Origin: an uncultured Gammaproteobacteria bacterium
GTDB lineage: Bacteria; Pseudomonadota; Gammaproteobacteria; JAIEPX01
Reading direction: 5' to 3'
DNA length: 64,000 nucleotides
NCBI GenBank assembly: GCA_964567285.1
Contig: CAZMLO010000002.1
Coordinates: 140,150 to 204,149, forward strand
The notes beneath the pieces are model-generated. The model did not search any database and was not told the DNA's origin. It saw nothing but the letters and a program-made list of their open reading frames with translations. Position 1 is the first letter of the stretch. Every line of letters starts with the position of its first letter. This document shows positions 18,614 through 27,995 of this stretch, in pieces. The position numbers and the translations under genes are program-made.

Positions 18614-20560
18614 TTAACTACTAGCAGCGTCAGGATCGGCTTGAATGCGTTCTTCACTGATATTTTGCTCTTGATCCGATTTTTCGGAGGGAGCAGAAGG
18701 TGGTTCCTTCGGAGAAGTAAAATCATTATCAGCCCAATCTGCAGGCGGACGTGCTTCGCGACCAGCCAAGACATCTTGAATCTGATAATCGCCGATAGTT
18801 TCGTATTTAATTAACGCGTCAGCCATCAAATGTAATTTATCGATATTCTCTTTGAGGATTTTCTCAGCCAACTGATAATTGCGATCGATAATGAGACGAA
18901 TTTCTCGATCGATTGCGTGCGCAGTTGCATCTGAAACGTTTTTACGACGTGACATCTCACGACCCAAGAAAACTTCGCCTTCTTCTTCGCCATAGGTTAA
19001 TGGCCCCAGATTATCGGAAAGCCCCCATTTCGTTACCATATTTCGCGCAATTTCGGTGGCTCTCTCAATATCGTTTGAAGCGCCAGTGGTGATATTTTCG
19101 GTACCGAAAATTAATTCTTCAGCAATTCTTCCACCGAATAAACCCGCAATTTGTGACTCTAAACGTTGCTTAGAATAGCTGTAACGATCGATTTCGGGTA
19201 AGAACATTGTCACACCCAGTGCACGTCCACGGGGGATGATAGTCACTTTATAAACAGAATCATGTTGTGGCACCATCAACCCAACCAATGCATGACCCGA
19301 CTCATGATAAGCCGTTAATTTTTTCTCAGATTCACTCATTACCATAGATCGACGCTCAGCGCCCATCATGATTTTATCTTTGGCTAATTCAAATTCATGC
19401 TGACTCACTTTGCGCTTATTGGCTCGCGCAGCAAATAATGCCGCTTCATTCACTAAATTCGCTAAATCAGCACCTGAAAATCCAGGTGTTCCTCGTGCAA
19501 GGGTTGTTGCATTTGCATCATCACTTAAAGGCACTTTTCGCATATGCACTTTCAAAATATGTTCACGTCCACGAATATCAGGCAATGGCACAACCACTTG
19601 TCGATCAAATCGACCCGGGCGAAGTAAGGCAGGATCTAAAACGTCAGGACGGTTTGTCGCAGCAACCACAATCACGCCTTCTTTTCCTTCGAAGCCATCC
19701 ATTTCAACCAGTAATTGGTTCAACGTTTGTTCGCGCTCATCATGGCCACCCCCTAAACCGGCGCCGCGGTGACGACCTACTGCATCAATTTCGTCAATAA
19801 AAATAATGCAAGGCGCATGCTTTTTAGCTTGCTCGAACATGTCTCGAACCCGAGAAGCACCCACACCCACGAACATTTCTACGAAATCGGAACCTGAAAT
19901 AGTAAAGAACGGCACACCCGCTTCGCCAGCAACGGCCTTAGCCAAAAGGGTTTTACCGGTACCCGGAGAGCCCACTAAAAGAACCCCACAAGGGATTTTA
20001 CCGCCCAATTTTTGGAACTTACTGGGATCTTTTAAGAAATCGACTAATTCTTTGACTTCTTCCTTGGCTTCTTCCACACCAGCCACATCAGCAAATGTGA
20101 CTTTGACTTGGTCTTCAGTCAGCATTCGGGCACGACTCCGCCCAAAAGCCATTGGACCACCCTTTGCGCCCCCTCCTTGCATTTGACGCATTATGTAGAC
20201 TAAAAAGAGAATCAATAGAACAGTAGGGAACAGGCTCACAAAAAGCTGCATAAAGAGACCACGCTCTGCAGGTGCCTTACCAATTACTTCAACCCCCTTC
20301 TTAACCAGTTCGTTCAGGAGGGTTTGGTCTTCAATCACAGGCATATAGGTATTAAAGGGGCGATGATCAGTATAAGTCCCCTGGATAGATCGGTCGTCAG
20401 AAATAGTGACCTTGGAGACCTGTCCCTTGTTAACCGAATTCAAAAACTGGGAATAAGCGACCTTGTCCGTGGTGCTGTGGGGAGGGGTCATATTGTTAAA
20501 CACAACCACCATAATTAGGGCGATAACAGCCCATAACATCAATGTTCGAACCATATTCAT
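18614..20560 (-). CDS. ftsH: ATP-dependent zinc metalloprotease FtsH
   Basis: TM1 [19 protein letters not shown], Walker [12 protein letters not shown], Walker [10 protein letters not shown] and the HEXXH motif HESGHAL are present. The start is chosen at MNMVRT (20560). The longer 718-aa ORF would add about 70 aa that are atypical for FtsH. Confidence 0.88.
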   Translation of the reverse strand: MNMVRTLMLWAVIALIMVVVFNNMTPPHSTTDKVAYSQFLNSVNKGQVSKVTISDDRSIQGTYTDHRPFNTYMPVIEDQTLLNELVKKGVEVIGKAPAERGLFMQLFVSLFPTVLLILFLVYIMRQMQGGGAKGGPMAFGRSRARMLTEDQVKVTFADVAGVEEAKEEVKELVDFLKDPSKFQKLGGKIPCGVLLVGSPGTGKTLLAKAVAGEAGVPFFTISGSDFVEMFVGVGASRVRDMFEQAKKHAPCIIFIDEIDAVGRHRGAGLGGGHDEREQTLNQLLVEMDGFEGKEGVIVVAATNRPDVLDPALLRPGRFDRQVVVPLPDIRGREHILKVHMRKVPLSDDANATTLARGTPGFSGADLANLVNEAALFAARANKRKVSQHEFELAKDKIMMGAERRSMVMSESEKKLTAYHESGHALVGLMVPQHDSVYKVTIIPRGRALGVTMFLPEIDRYSYSKQRLESQIAGLFGGRIAEELIFGTENITTGASNDIERATEIARNMVTKWGLSDNLGPLTYGEEEGEVFLGREMSRRKNVSDATAHAIDREIRLIIDRNYQLAEKILKENIDKLHLMADALIKYETIGDYQIQDVLAGREARPPADWADNDFTSPKEPPSAPSEKSDQEQNISEERIQADPDAASS

Positions 20561-20836
20561 CGGTATATCACTCTTGTATAAAATGCCTTGGGAACTATCA
20601 TTATAGTACCTCTTTGGAATATATGGTACCGAAATTTGGAATTTCAATCTCATCGCAGCGCCTTTTTCGACGCTATAGGGTGACTGACCCAGCATGGAAT
20701 AGAACTTCTCGAGTACCGGGTATGAATTGAAGGCAGAGAACAGTGCAAGAAACGCATTAGAAGTTGACAAGTGGTGACTGATTATTTATATTGAAACTAT
20801 GAGTATTAATTACAAGGTCTTTACATTCTCGTTTTA

Positions 20837-20857
20837 TTTTGCGCTCTAGCAGCGCAA
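20837..20857. promoter_or_regulatory. 21-bp palindrome TTTGCGCT-CTAGC-AGCGCAAA overlapping the -35 region of the HAAAP permease promoter (-10 TACAAT at 20872-20877)
   Basis: Perfect 8-bp arms with a CTAG-containing centre, read in the ftsH/permease divergent intergenic region. No U-tract follows, so it is not a terminator. This is operator-like geometry. Confidence 0.35.
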
Positions 20858-20938
20858 ACCTCATCTCTCATCTACAATATCATTCCATAATTAAACCCTT
20901 CCGGGGAACCCTTAGTTAATACTGATTGCGAGGATTTT

Positions 20939-22129
20939 ATGACCTTGAGGCTGATTCAAAGTTTTTTCTTAATCGTCGGCACATCGATTGGTGCAGGCAT
21001 TTTAGCCCTGCCGATTTCTACTGCATCCTGTGGATTTTGGGGCTCTGTTCTTGCGCTCGTTATCACTTGGGTCTTCATGACCTTCTCAGCCAATAACATG
21101 ATCAAAGCAAGACTCTGCTTTAAAGAAGAAGTCGATCTAGCAACGATGACCACCGAACTGCTCGGAAAAGTCCCTAATATTTTCACAGAATTTTGTTACT
21201 TCGCTCTATTAATGGCCTTAGTTTCTTTATATATCACTGTGGGCTCTGCATGGGTTACAGAATTAGTAGGACACTACTTAGGTTTGAAATTATCGTCACC
21301 TGTTTCTCAAATCGGTTTTACTTTTGTTATCGCCGGAATTATTTACAGCGGCTTGGGCAATCTTGCCAACATTAATCAATTTATTACACTCGCAAAACTT
21401 TTCTGCTTTGTCATGATAATTAGCTTGAGCTTGCCTCTAGTACAAGAAGCAAAACTAGCAGAATATTCTTTAAAAGCAATTCCAACCACTTTTAGTCTAC
21501 TGATTACAACTTTTGGATTTTCAATTATTCTTCCATCACTCGTTGGATATCTCAACAATGATCGAAAAAAAATGACAGCCGCTTTAATTGTGGGAAGCAT
21601 TGTTATATTACTTATTTATTTAGCCTGGGAACTCATCTCATTCGGTGTAATCGGCGCTGATGGTGATGGTCTGATCAAAATTTCACTGAGCAAAGATAAA
21701 GGCACTGAAGTAATTAACACACTCGCCACCACGGTGAATAATCCTGCATTTCATAAATACGGATTCGGCATAATGTTAACGGCAGTCTTAACGTCATTTT
21801 TAGGTGTGGGCCAATGTTTGTTCCACTACCTCAAAGACACTTTGCCCATCAAAAATCATCATCGAAAATCTTTGACCGCCATCGTTGTAGGCTTCGTGAC
21901 TCCGCTGATCATCATCAACGTTTACCCTTCCGGCATCTCCTCGATCCTAAGCTTCGCTGGTATTTTCGTAGCTGCCATCTTAGGCATTCTACCCAACGCA
22001 ATGATGCTCTCAAAAACCTACAACACTCGCATGCCCCCGAACTCTTTCACTCAAAAAACACTCTCCATTTTGAGCCTGATTTTCTTCGGGATGATCATTG
22101 CTATAGAAATTTGGCAATTGATTGGCTGA
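20939..22129 (+). CDS. aromatic amino acid permease, HAAAP family (Mtr/TnaB/TyrP-like)
   Basis: 396 aa, about 11 TM. The N-terminus LIVGTSIGAGILALPISTASCGFWGSVLALVITW resembles TyrP/Mtr (…AGTTIGAGMLAMP…). Confidence 0.75.
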   Translation: MTLRLIQSFFLIVGTSIGAGILALPISTASCGFWGSVLALVITWVFMTFSANNMIKARLCFKEEVDLATMTTELLGKVPNIFTEFCYFALLMALVSLYITVGSAWVTELVGHYLGLKLSSPVSQIGFTFVIAGIIYSGLGNLANINQFITLAKLFCFVMIISLSLPLVQEAKLAEYSLKAIPTTFSLLITTFGFSIILPSLVGYLNNDRKKMTAALIVGSIVILLIYLAWELISFGVIGADGDGLIKISLSKDKGTEVINTLATTVNNPAFHKYGFGIMLTAVLTSFLGVGQCLFHYLKDTLPIKNHHRKSLTAIVVGFVTPLIIINVYPSGISSILSFAGIFVAAILGILPNAMMLSKTYNTRMPPNSFTQKTLSILSLIFFGMIIAIEIWQLIG

Positions 22130-22167
22130 GTATCGATGGAAGCAACAGTAAGGCTTTAGGCAACCTT

Positions 22168-22212
22168 GGGTTGAAACCCAATAAATAGGGTGCTATAATT
22201 GGGTTTAAACCC
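22168..22212 (+). promoter_or_regulatory. sigma70 promoter (TTGAAA 22171-22176, 17-nt spacer, TATAAT 22194-22199) bracketed by two 12-bp palindromes GGGTTGAAACCC / GGGTTTAAACCC
   Basis: Near-consensus hexamers at ideal spacing. Site 1 overlaps the -35 and site 2 (a perfect palindrome) lies at about +2 to +13. The sites are centre-to-centre 33 bp apart. They sit directly upstream of the DUF4143 ATPase gene. Confidence 0.45.
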
Positions 22213-22230
22213 AACTATGGTGAGCCCCTT

Positions 22231-23445
22231 ATGCAACAATTGCTTGAAACCCAGCGCTACATTATTGAAGACTTTAAAAAGCTGCCCTATTACGAGCGTG
22301 AGCTTTATAAAACCATTACTTTAGGTAATCGTATTAATGGCATCCTTGGTCCTAGGGGAACGGGCAAAACAACATTTTTGCTGAAAACTGCAATTGAAAA
22401 AGGGGCTGAACAGGGCCGCGTATTGTATGCATCAGCTGATAATCTCTTTTTCCTCGAAAACAAACTGATTGACCTTGCGAAGTGGTTATATACAGAAACT
22501 GATATTCAACTACTCTGTATCGATGAAATTCACAAATACCCAAACTGGAATCAAGAATTAAAAAACATATACGACACTTTCGGACAGTTAAAAATTTATT
22601 TTTCTGGGAGCTCAATGATTGACATCATTAAAAGCAAATATGATTTATCACGACGAGTAAGCTTATTCAATATGTATGGCTACTCATTTAGAGAATATCT
22701 TGAATATTATCAACATATCAAAATGGAGGCCATCGGTCTCATGGAACTCTTAAAAAATCATACTCAAATTGCTCAATCCATTCATAATACTAAGATACTA
22801 AAATACTTCCGAGATTATTTAGCTTTTGGTTATTACCCCCACATTCAAAAACTCGAAAATATTACTGAACGCAACCAATCCATAGAAAATATCGTTCAAA
22901 AAACCATCTACGAGGATATTGCCAATCTTTATGACTTAAAAACAGCAACTCTTCACACCATAGAAAACTTATACAAATACGTACTCAGCTCCCTACCAGG
23001 CGAACTGAATACTAACAAATTAGCCACCCGCCTACACAAAGACTACAATGACGTCAGCAAATATCTTTCCTATCTCAATAAGGCAGGATTAATCCAATTC
23101 ATCCATACGAATAAGCCCGGAAAATCATCTCTTAATGCTCCTATTAAAATGTTACCAGAAAACACCAATATGATTTACGCCCATTTTCTCCCTCAAACCC
23201 AATATGCCCAAACTGGAAAAGCACGAGAAACCTTTTTTATCAATCAATTAGCAAACTCAGGCTACCAATCGTTTTACAGCAAAATTGGCGATTACCAAGT
23301 GGAGCAGTACCGCTTTGAAATTGGGGGAAAAAACAAAACCCGTTCCCAACTTAAAGATCATTCAAACGCATATCTAGTAATGGATGACATCCAAATCGGC
23401 CACAAAAATACAATTCCTCTTTATTTATTTGGGTTACTCTATTAA
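22231..23445 (+). CDS. AAA+ ATPase of the AAA_14/DUF4143 family
   Basis: Walker A ILGPRGTGKTTFLL and Walker B LLCIDEIHKYPNW are present. Its 404-aa length and C-terminal region are typical of DUF4143 ATP-binding proteins. Confidence 0.7.
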   Translation: MQQLLETQRYIIEDFKKLPYYERELYKTITLGNRINGILGPRGTGKTTFLLKTAIEKGAEQGRVLYASADNLFFLENKLIDLAKWLYTETDIQLLCIDEIHKYPNWNQELKNIYDTFGQLKIYFSGSSMIDIIKSKYDLSRRVSLFNMYGYSFREYLEYYQHIKMEAIGLMELLKNHTQIAQSIHNTKILKYFRDYLAFGYYPHIQKLENITERNQSIENIVQKTIYEDIANLYDLKTATLHTIENLYKYVLSSLPGELNTNKLATRLHKDYNDVSKYLSYLNKAGLIQFIHTNKPGKSSLNAPIKMLPENTNMIYAHFLPQTQYAQTGKARETFFINQLANSGYQSFYSKIGDYQVEQYRFEIGGKNKTRSQLKDHSNAYLVMDDIQIGHKNTIPLYLFGLLY

Positions 23446-24076
23446 CTCAGAATAACAATTCAAAAATGAAAATTCGAGGAGTCCGCTAACCTATACCATC
23501 TGATATGAGCTTTAAAATAATGATCAGACTAAGACTACTCCAACAATGAACTCGCAGATAAAGATGCAATGATCTTTTATTGACAGAATCTGGAAATCCC
23601 CCACAAATGTAAAGCCCCTTATAACGATACCATTCAAAAGCACAGATCGTTATCTATAAGAGAATTAGCTAATATGCGCTTAATTTGTACATTTTCTTGT
23701 TCTAGTTCTTCAAGCCGCTTGATTATGGGAACGTTCACTTCGCATTATTCAGCACATCATTGATAAAATGCTAGATTGCTAATACTAATCTCTATGCAGT
23801 TATCAACCACAGGAACACCGCTTTCTGCCTGTTTCAAAAAAAAGAATCTGAGAATCAGTAGATTTAGATGGTTTAATAGCATAAATATTTTTTATATTTC
23901 AGTAATAGTTATATTTTTGAATAGTCTCATCATAAGGGGGAATTATCCATAATAGAAGTATATGCTCTAATAAACTAGGCCCACCACCCCTAATTTACTC
24001 ATTGGTGGAACCCGGCAAAAAGCGGGGTAGTGACCTATAATTAAAGCGGTACGACAGGTTCAATACAAAAGAAGGG

Positions 24077-24451
24077 GTGATGAAATACATTATTTTATGC
24101 GTTTCAATGATACTATCTTTATCTGTGTTCGGAAAAAACTATAGTGCTGAAGAATCAATAAAAGATATTTCATTAAGGCTTGCTTCAATCAACCAAAAGC
24201 TGGCCTCTATACATGGGATTCAAAATGAAATGGTGGCTTCTGCTCTCTCAGGTGAATCCTCTGGTAAGAGGACAAAAAAATCTCATAATACAGACAAGGG
24301 AGCAATTGAAAGTATTTTTAATACGGTTCTTTCAGAAGCATATGATCTAAAAAGGAAATATAATGATAACCCTTATGTAAAAATCACTGGATTTGATATA
24401 AATCTAGGCCTAATGATCCCATCATTCACAGTAAACATTGAATTTAAGTAA
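24077..24451 (+). CDS. small secreted protein of unknown function (cleavable signal peptide)
   Basis: MMKYIILCVSMILSLSVFG/KNYS has an n-h-c signal peptide. A GGGGTG RBS precedes it. It has no recognisable domain. A 630-bp ORF-free AT-rich region precedes it. Confidence 0.45.
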   Translation: MMKYIILCVSMILSLSVFGKNYSAEESIKDISLRLASINQKLASIHGIQNEMVASALSGESSGKRTKKSHNTDKGAIESIFNTVLSEAYDLKRKYNDNPYVKITGFDINLGLMIPSFTVNIEFK

Positions 24452-24739
24452 TACAGGCTGGAGCGTCACGTCTTGAATTGTGCTACATCTTAGAAAGCGT
24501 ATAAAACTTCGAATTATTTATTTAACACGGCCTATGATTTAAGATACCTTAGAAAGCCGAATCAGAATAAAAAATATTTTCTGTAACCTCTTCGTATAGT
24601 ACTTCTTTTAAGGGCCCGGCTGAAGCTGCATACGATTCTAAGCCAATACGCTGATACCGAGTGACGACAGATCAGGCTATTGACAATAATCGCACTATTG
24701 TATATACTTTCAGTGTATACATTATAAGGGGGCGTAATT

Positions 24740-24967
24740 ATGCAACACACCAAAATTTTTAAATCTGGCAACTCTTGGGCTGTACGACTACCAAAAAACT
24801 TTCAATTTCGCGAAAATGAAGTTGAGATCTTTAAACGAGGAAATGAGGTAGTGATACGTGATCTTCGGCATAATTTGAAGGATGCTTTCACCCTACTGAC
24901 ACAACTGCCTGAGGATTTTTACCATAGCCCAAGAGTAGATACACCTCCCCAAGAAAGAGAATTTTGA
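24740..24967 (+). CDS. vapB: antitoxin VapB (AbrB/MazE-fold SpoVT-AbrB domain)
   Basis: KIFKSGNSWAVRLPKNF is the swapped-hairpin DNA-binding motif. It is 75 aa. Its stop overlaps the vapC start (ATGA). Confidence 0.8.
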   Translation: MQHTKIFKSGNSWAVRLPKNFQFRENEVEIFKRGNEVVIRDLRHNLKDAFTLLTQLPEDFYHSPRVDTPPQEREF

Positions 24968-25389
24968 TCATGGCGTTACGCTATCTACTCGATACTAATA
25001 TTTGTATTTATATTGCTAAAAAAAGGCCCGCATCAGTATTGAGTCGATTTGAAAATCTCTCTGTCGGAGAAGTCGGCATGTCCACTATAACTTATGGAGA
25101 ATTGATTTTCGGTGCCCAAAAAAGTCAACATCCTAAAAAAACCCTACAAATTATTGATGAAATCAGTAGCTTAATCCCACCTTTACCTATCGCCACCGAC
25201 ACAGGAAAATTCTACGGTAAGATCCGAACAACATTAGAAAAACAAGGAAAAATTATAGGTAATAACGATTTATGGATTGCAGCACACACCCTCTCACTCA
25301 ATATTACCTTAGTAACTAACAACACCAAAGAATTCGCCAGAATACCGCACCTAAAGTTAGAAAATTGGGTTGAAAAAACTTCTCACTGA
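24964..25389 (+). CDS. vapC: PIN-domain toxin VapC
   Basis: LLDTNICIY (first acidic residue), ...E..., and NNDLWIAAHTL (conserved D) form a PIN quartet. It is 141 aa. Confidence 0.85.
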   Translation: MIMALRYLLDTNICIYIAKKRPASVLSRFENLSVGEVGMSTITYGELIFGAQKSQHPKKTLQIIDEISSLIPPLPIATDTGKFYGKIRTTLEKQGKIIGNNDLWIAAHTLSLNITLVTNNTKEFARIPHLKLENWVEKTSH

Positions 25390-25428
25390 TTTCTTCTTCA
25401 AACTGCCAAACGAGGTGTCAGTTATAAT

Positions 25429-25446
25429 GCCCCCGCTTTCGGGCGT
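25429..25446. terminator. short GC hairpin (CCCG-CTTT-CGGG) followed by T-rich run between convergent vapC and the 783-aa gene
   Basis: Read in the 58-nt convergent gap. It is weak, with only a 4-5-bp stem. Confidence 0.25.
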
Positions 25447-25447
25447 C

Positions 25448-27799
25448 CTATTTCAATTCATACCGATTTGCATCTTCAATAAGTAGCACTGCATCATACA
25501 GCGCTGAAACATCTTCAGACTTTTTAATGATGGTTTCAGATGAGGCTGTTTGAGATTCAGAGAGCTGATCTAGCTCTCTTTGGCCATGATCTCGAAGAGC
25601 TTCAAGTTTAGCTTTATCTTCAGCTGTAACTTTTGCCGCAGCAAACCAAGATAATCGGGGAAATCCATCAGCGTGTTGATATAGGGCTTTGGGGCGTCGA
25701 GAGGTATCTTTCACATTTTGAAGTTCATGGAATAAGACAACGGTGACGTGTTTAAAATTGTGTTGATCTAACCATTTTCGTAGTATCAGAGCATGTTCAC
25801 GGGTATCGGTTGCAACCATTTGAATATCGATACCGAATTTTATAGGACGTTTTGCACGATATTCTTTACAATAATCAGAATTTAATATAGTCATTACTTC
25901 AGCATTATCACTGATTAGAATAAGTGGAAAATTCCGTGTGAGCAAATCACATTTCTGCGGATTCTCAAAAATATTATCGGGTTTTGTTTGTGTCAGCTTT
26001 CTCAGCATTTCAAGATGTTGTTCCATAACAACCAAGTGTTCTTTAGCTGGTTCATAAGAAGTAAAAGGGTTGTACAAACGCCATCCAACAAAGAAGTAAA
26101 GGATCCTCGTGCTATATTCATTTTGTAAAGTCACTTTAAAAAAATCATATTCTCTTTCAAATCTTGAGCAATCTCTGCGATTTTCTAAAACTTTCACCAT
26201 TGAGATAGCGGGATCATCACAGTCAGGTACTGGAAACAGAGGGAGACACTTTGCTAGATTTTCAGGGCTAGGATTTTGGTAGATGGCTCTAAGGTCTAAT
26301 CTCGATGCTAAAATTCTCTGAACAAAATGTTTAAATTGATAATGATCCTGAACCCATTGTGAAATATCTTTGTGATTTTTGAAATCTGGATTAACCTCAA
26401 AATATTCTGCAACTAGTAATAAAAGATAATAGGTATCCACCCCAGCTTTATATTCTGCATAAAATGCATCGGGAGCAATAAGTTCTTCATCACTCACCCC
26501 AAAAAATTTAGCTCTCATATAGTAGATCAGAACAGAATTAATAGTAGCATAGGAGTTATTTCTAGATTTCTCCAAAAACTCCCGGAATTTCATCAGTGCA
26601 TTTTGCCGGTGAACTTCAGGTCTTGATTGAGTTGGCTCTCCTTTTGTATAGCTATCAATAATTCTTTTGAGGTCATAACCACGCCATTGATGTAATTTGC
26701 CAAAGCACATCAAAGGACTTGAATTAAGCGTTGTATTGTGACCCGTACCTGCATAGAGCTCACCCGTCAATGAGGTAAGTCCCCTACCTAATAAGCCCGT
26801 TAATGAATCGAGTTCATAACTTGACCTTTCGAGCATAATTAACATCGAAGATTGAGTACCATGAAGAAAGGGATCAAACATAGGTTCTACGCTTGCCAAT
26901 TCGGTGCAGAGCAAAGGCTCATTTTGAAAAAATCGTTTAAAATAAGGTGTAGTTGTCATCATATCAGCAGCAAGAGCCGAAACCACATTGGGAGCATGTT
27001 CGAATAATACTTTTCGTGCCATAATCAAATGATCACCTTCAAAATCGGTCTTGGCTGTACTGCCATCAGGCATAATAATACGACAAGGATATCTCATATC
27101 ACCTTGCAGATAGATCACACGGTGAGCATTGAGAACCAATTCAAGAAAGGCCGGCTGATATTTCTGTGTATCAACTTTATATTCAGGAACAACGGCTAAA
27201 CGTTTAAGCACTTGATTGAATTCAAAATGGCTAACGCAACGTATTATATCGATGCAATCAGCTAAATTAATTAAAAGGCGTATATAGTGTGCAAATTGAG
27301 GCATTCCTGCTTTTTTCAAATGTGCTTCAAAGGCATCGGCTTTATCTTTGTTCCCTGCCGCTTGCTCAAAAAATTCAGCCATATCAGAATTAGCACCCGT
27401 ACCGTCTAAAAACCGCACTAATTTTTGTGCACTTTGTTTATCCCAGAAATCCTGCCCTTCATCCAATCGAGCAGAGTCATGATAAATAGCTGCCATACGA
27501 GTCGTATCAACGAGCTCTTTTTCGTCTAAATCGAATTGTTGTTTAATGCATTCAAGGGCCCCACTCACATAGCCTGGAAAATTTTCTTTAAATAATTGAT
27601 GTAGTACAACAACCCACAAACTGGCTCGCCCAACGTGCATCCCACCATGAATCGGCCTCTCAATATACCCATCCTTCCGGTTTTCCTTTTTTGGTCTGAG
27701 CCGATAATGTCTACCATCAAATCGGGGTAAATGCTCAAGATACTCAGTTTCAATGGCTGCTTGGGCGTCTTTATAAAATTCGATACGCATCTTTTTCAT
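25448..27799 (-). CDS. large hypothetical protein, 783 aa, no recognised family; candidate secreted effector
   Basis: Long ORF with AGAGG RBS 7 nt upstream. The N-terminal region has IHGGMHVGR...LH...(about 50 aa)...YHDSAR...D, which loosely resembles an HD-type metal-binding motif set. The C-terminal 40 aa is acidic and coiled. Confidence 0.65.
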   Translation of the reverse strand: MKKMRIEFYKDAQAAIETEYLEHLPRFDGRHYRLRPKKENRKDGYIERPIHGGMHVGRASLWVVVLHQLFKENFPGYVSGALECIKQQFDLDEKELVDTTRMAAIYHDSARLDEGQDFWDKQSAQKLVRFLDGTGANSDMAEFFEQAAGNKDKADAFEAHLKKAGMPQFAHYIRLLINLADCIDIIRCVSHFEFNQVLKRLAVVPEYKVDTQKYQPAFLELVLNAHRVIYLQGDMRYPCRIIMPDGSTAKTDFEGDHLIMARKVLFEHAPNVVSALAADMMTTTPYFKRFFQNEPLLCTELASVEPMFDPFLHGTQSSMLIMLERSSYELDSLTGLLGRGLTSLTGELYAGTGHNTTLNSSPLMCFGKLHQWRGYDLKRIIDSYTKGEPTQSRPEVHRQNALMKFREFLEKSRNNSYATINSVLIYYMRAKFFGVSDEELIAPDAFYAEYKAGVDTYYLLLLVAEYFEVNPDFKNHKDISQWVQDHYQFKHFVQRILASRLDLRAIYQNPSPENLAKCLPLFPVPDCDDPAISMVKVLENRRDCSRFEREYDFFKVTLQNEYSTRILYFFVGWRLYNPFTSYEPAKEHLVVMEQHLEMLRKLTQTKPDNIFENPQKCDLLTRNFPLILISDNAEVMTILNSDYCKEYRAKRPIKFGIDIQMVATDTREHALILRKWLDQHNFKHVTVVLFHELQNVKDTSRRPKALYQHADGFPRLSWFAAAKVTAEDKAKLEALRDHGQRELDQLSESQTASSETIIKKSEDVSALYDAVLLIEDANRYELK

Positions 27800-27995
27800 T
27801 GTAAAACCTCTGTTTAGATCTTTTCATACGGCGTTCTTAAGGGACCAAAACCTCAAATAATCACAGCGCATTAACTAAGATAATGGCCGTTTCATAGAAA
27901 TATTTACCACAATAACATATTAATTGGCATGTGTCACTAACGAAAGAAGGCTTTAGGAAGCTATATTGGTTGGGAGACCTTCTCTGAGGTGTAAT

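Noticed and set aside
19410-20518. Several 60-126-aa plus-strand ORFs inside ftsH
   Set aside because: They are antisense to conserved FtsH AAA and protease domains. Their Pro/Arg/Ser-rich translations are characteristic of GC-skewed antisense frames.
20561-20770. 70-codon N-terminal extension of the ftsH ORF
   Set aside because: The sequence before [10 protein letters not shown] is not FtsH-like. The first TM helix and FtsH length fit a start at 20560.
27800-27995. PmrA-type tandem TTAATATT boxes upstream of the 783-aa gene (and of other effector-like genes)
   Set aside because: Only single TTAATAT and TAAATATT half-sites 17 nt apart were found. The 11-bp-phased direct repeat required for a PmrA box is not present.
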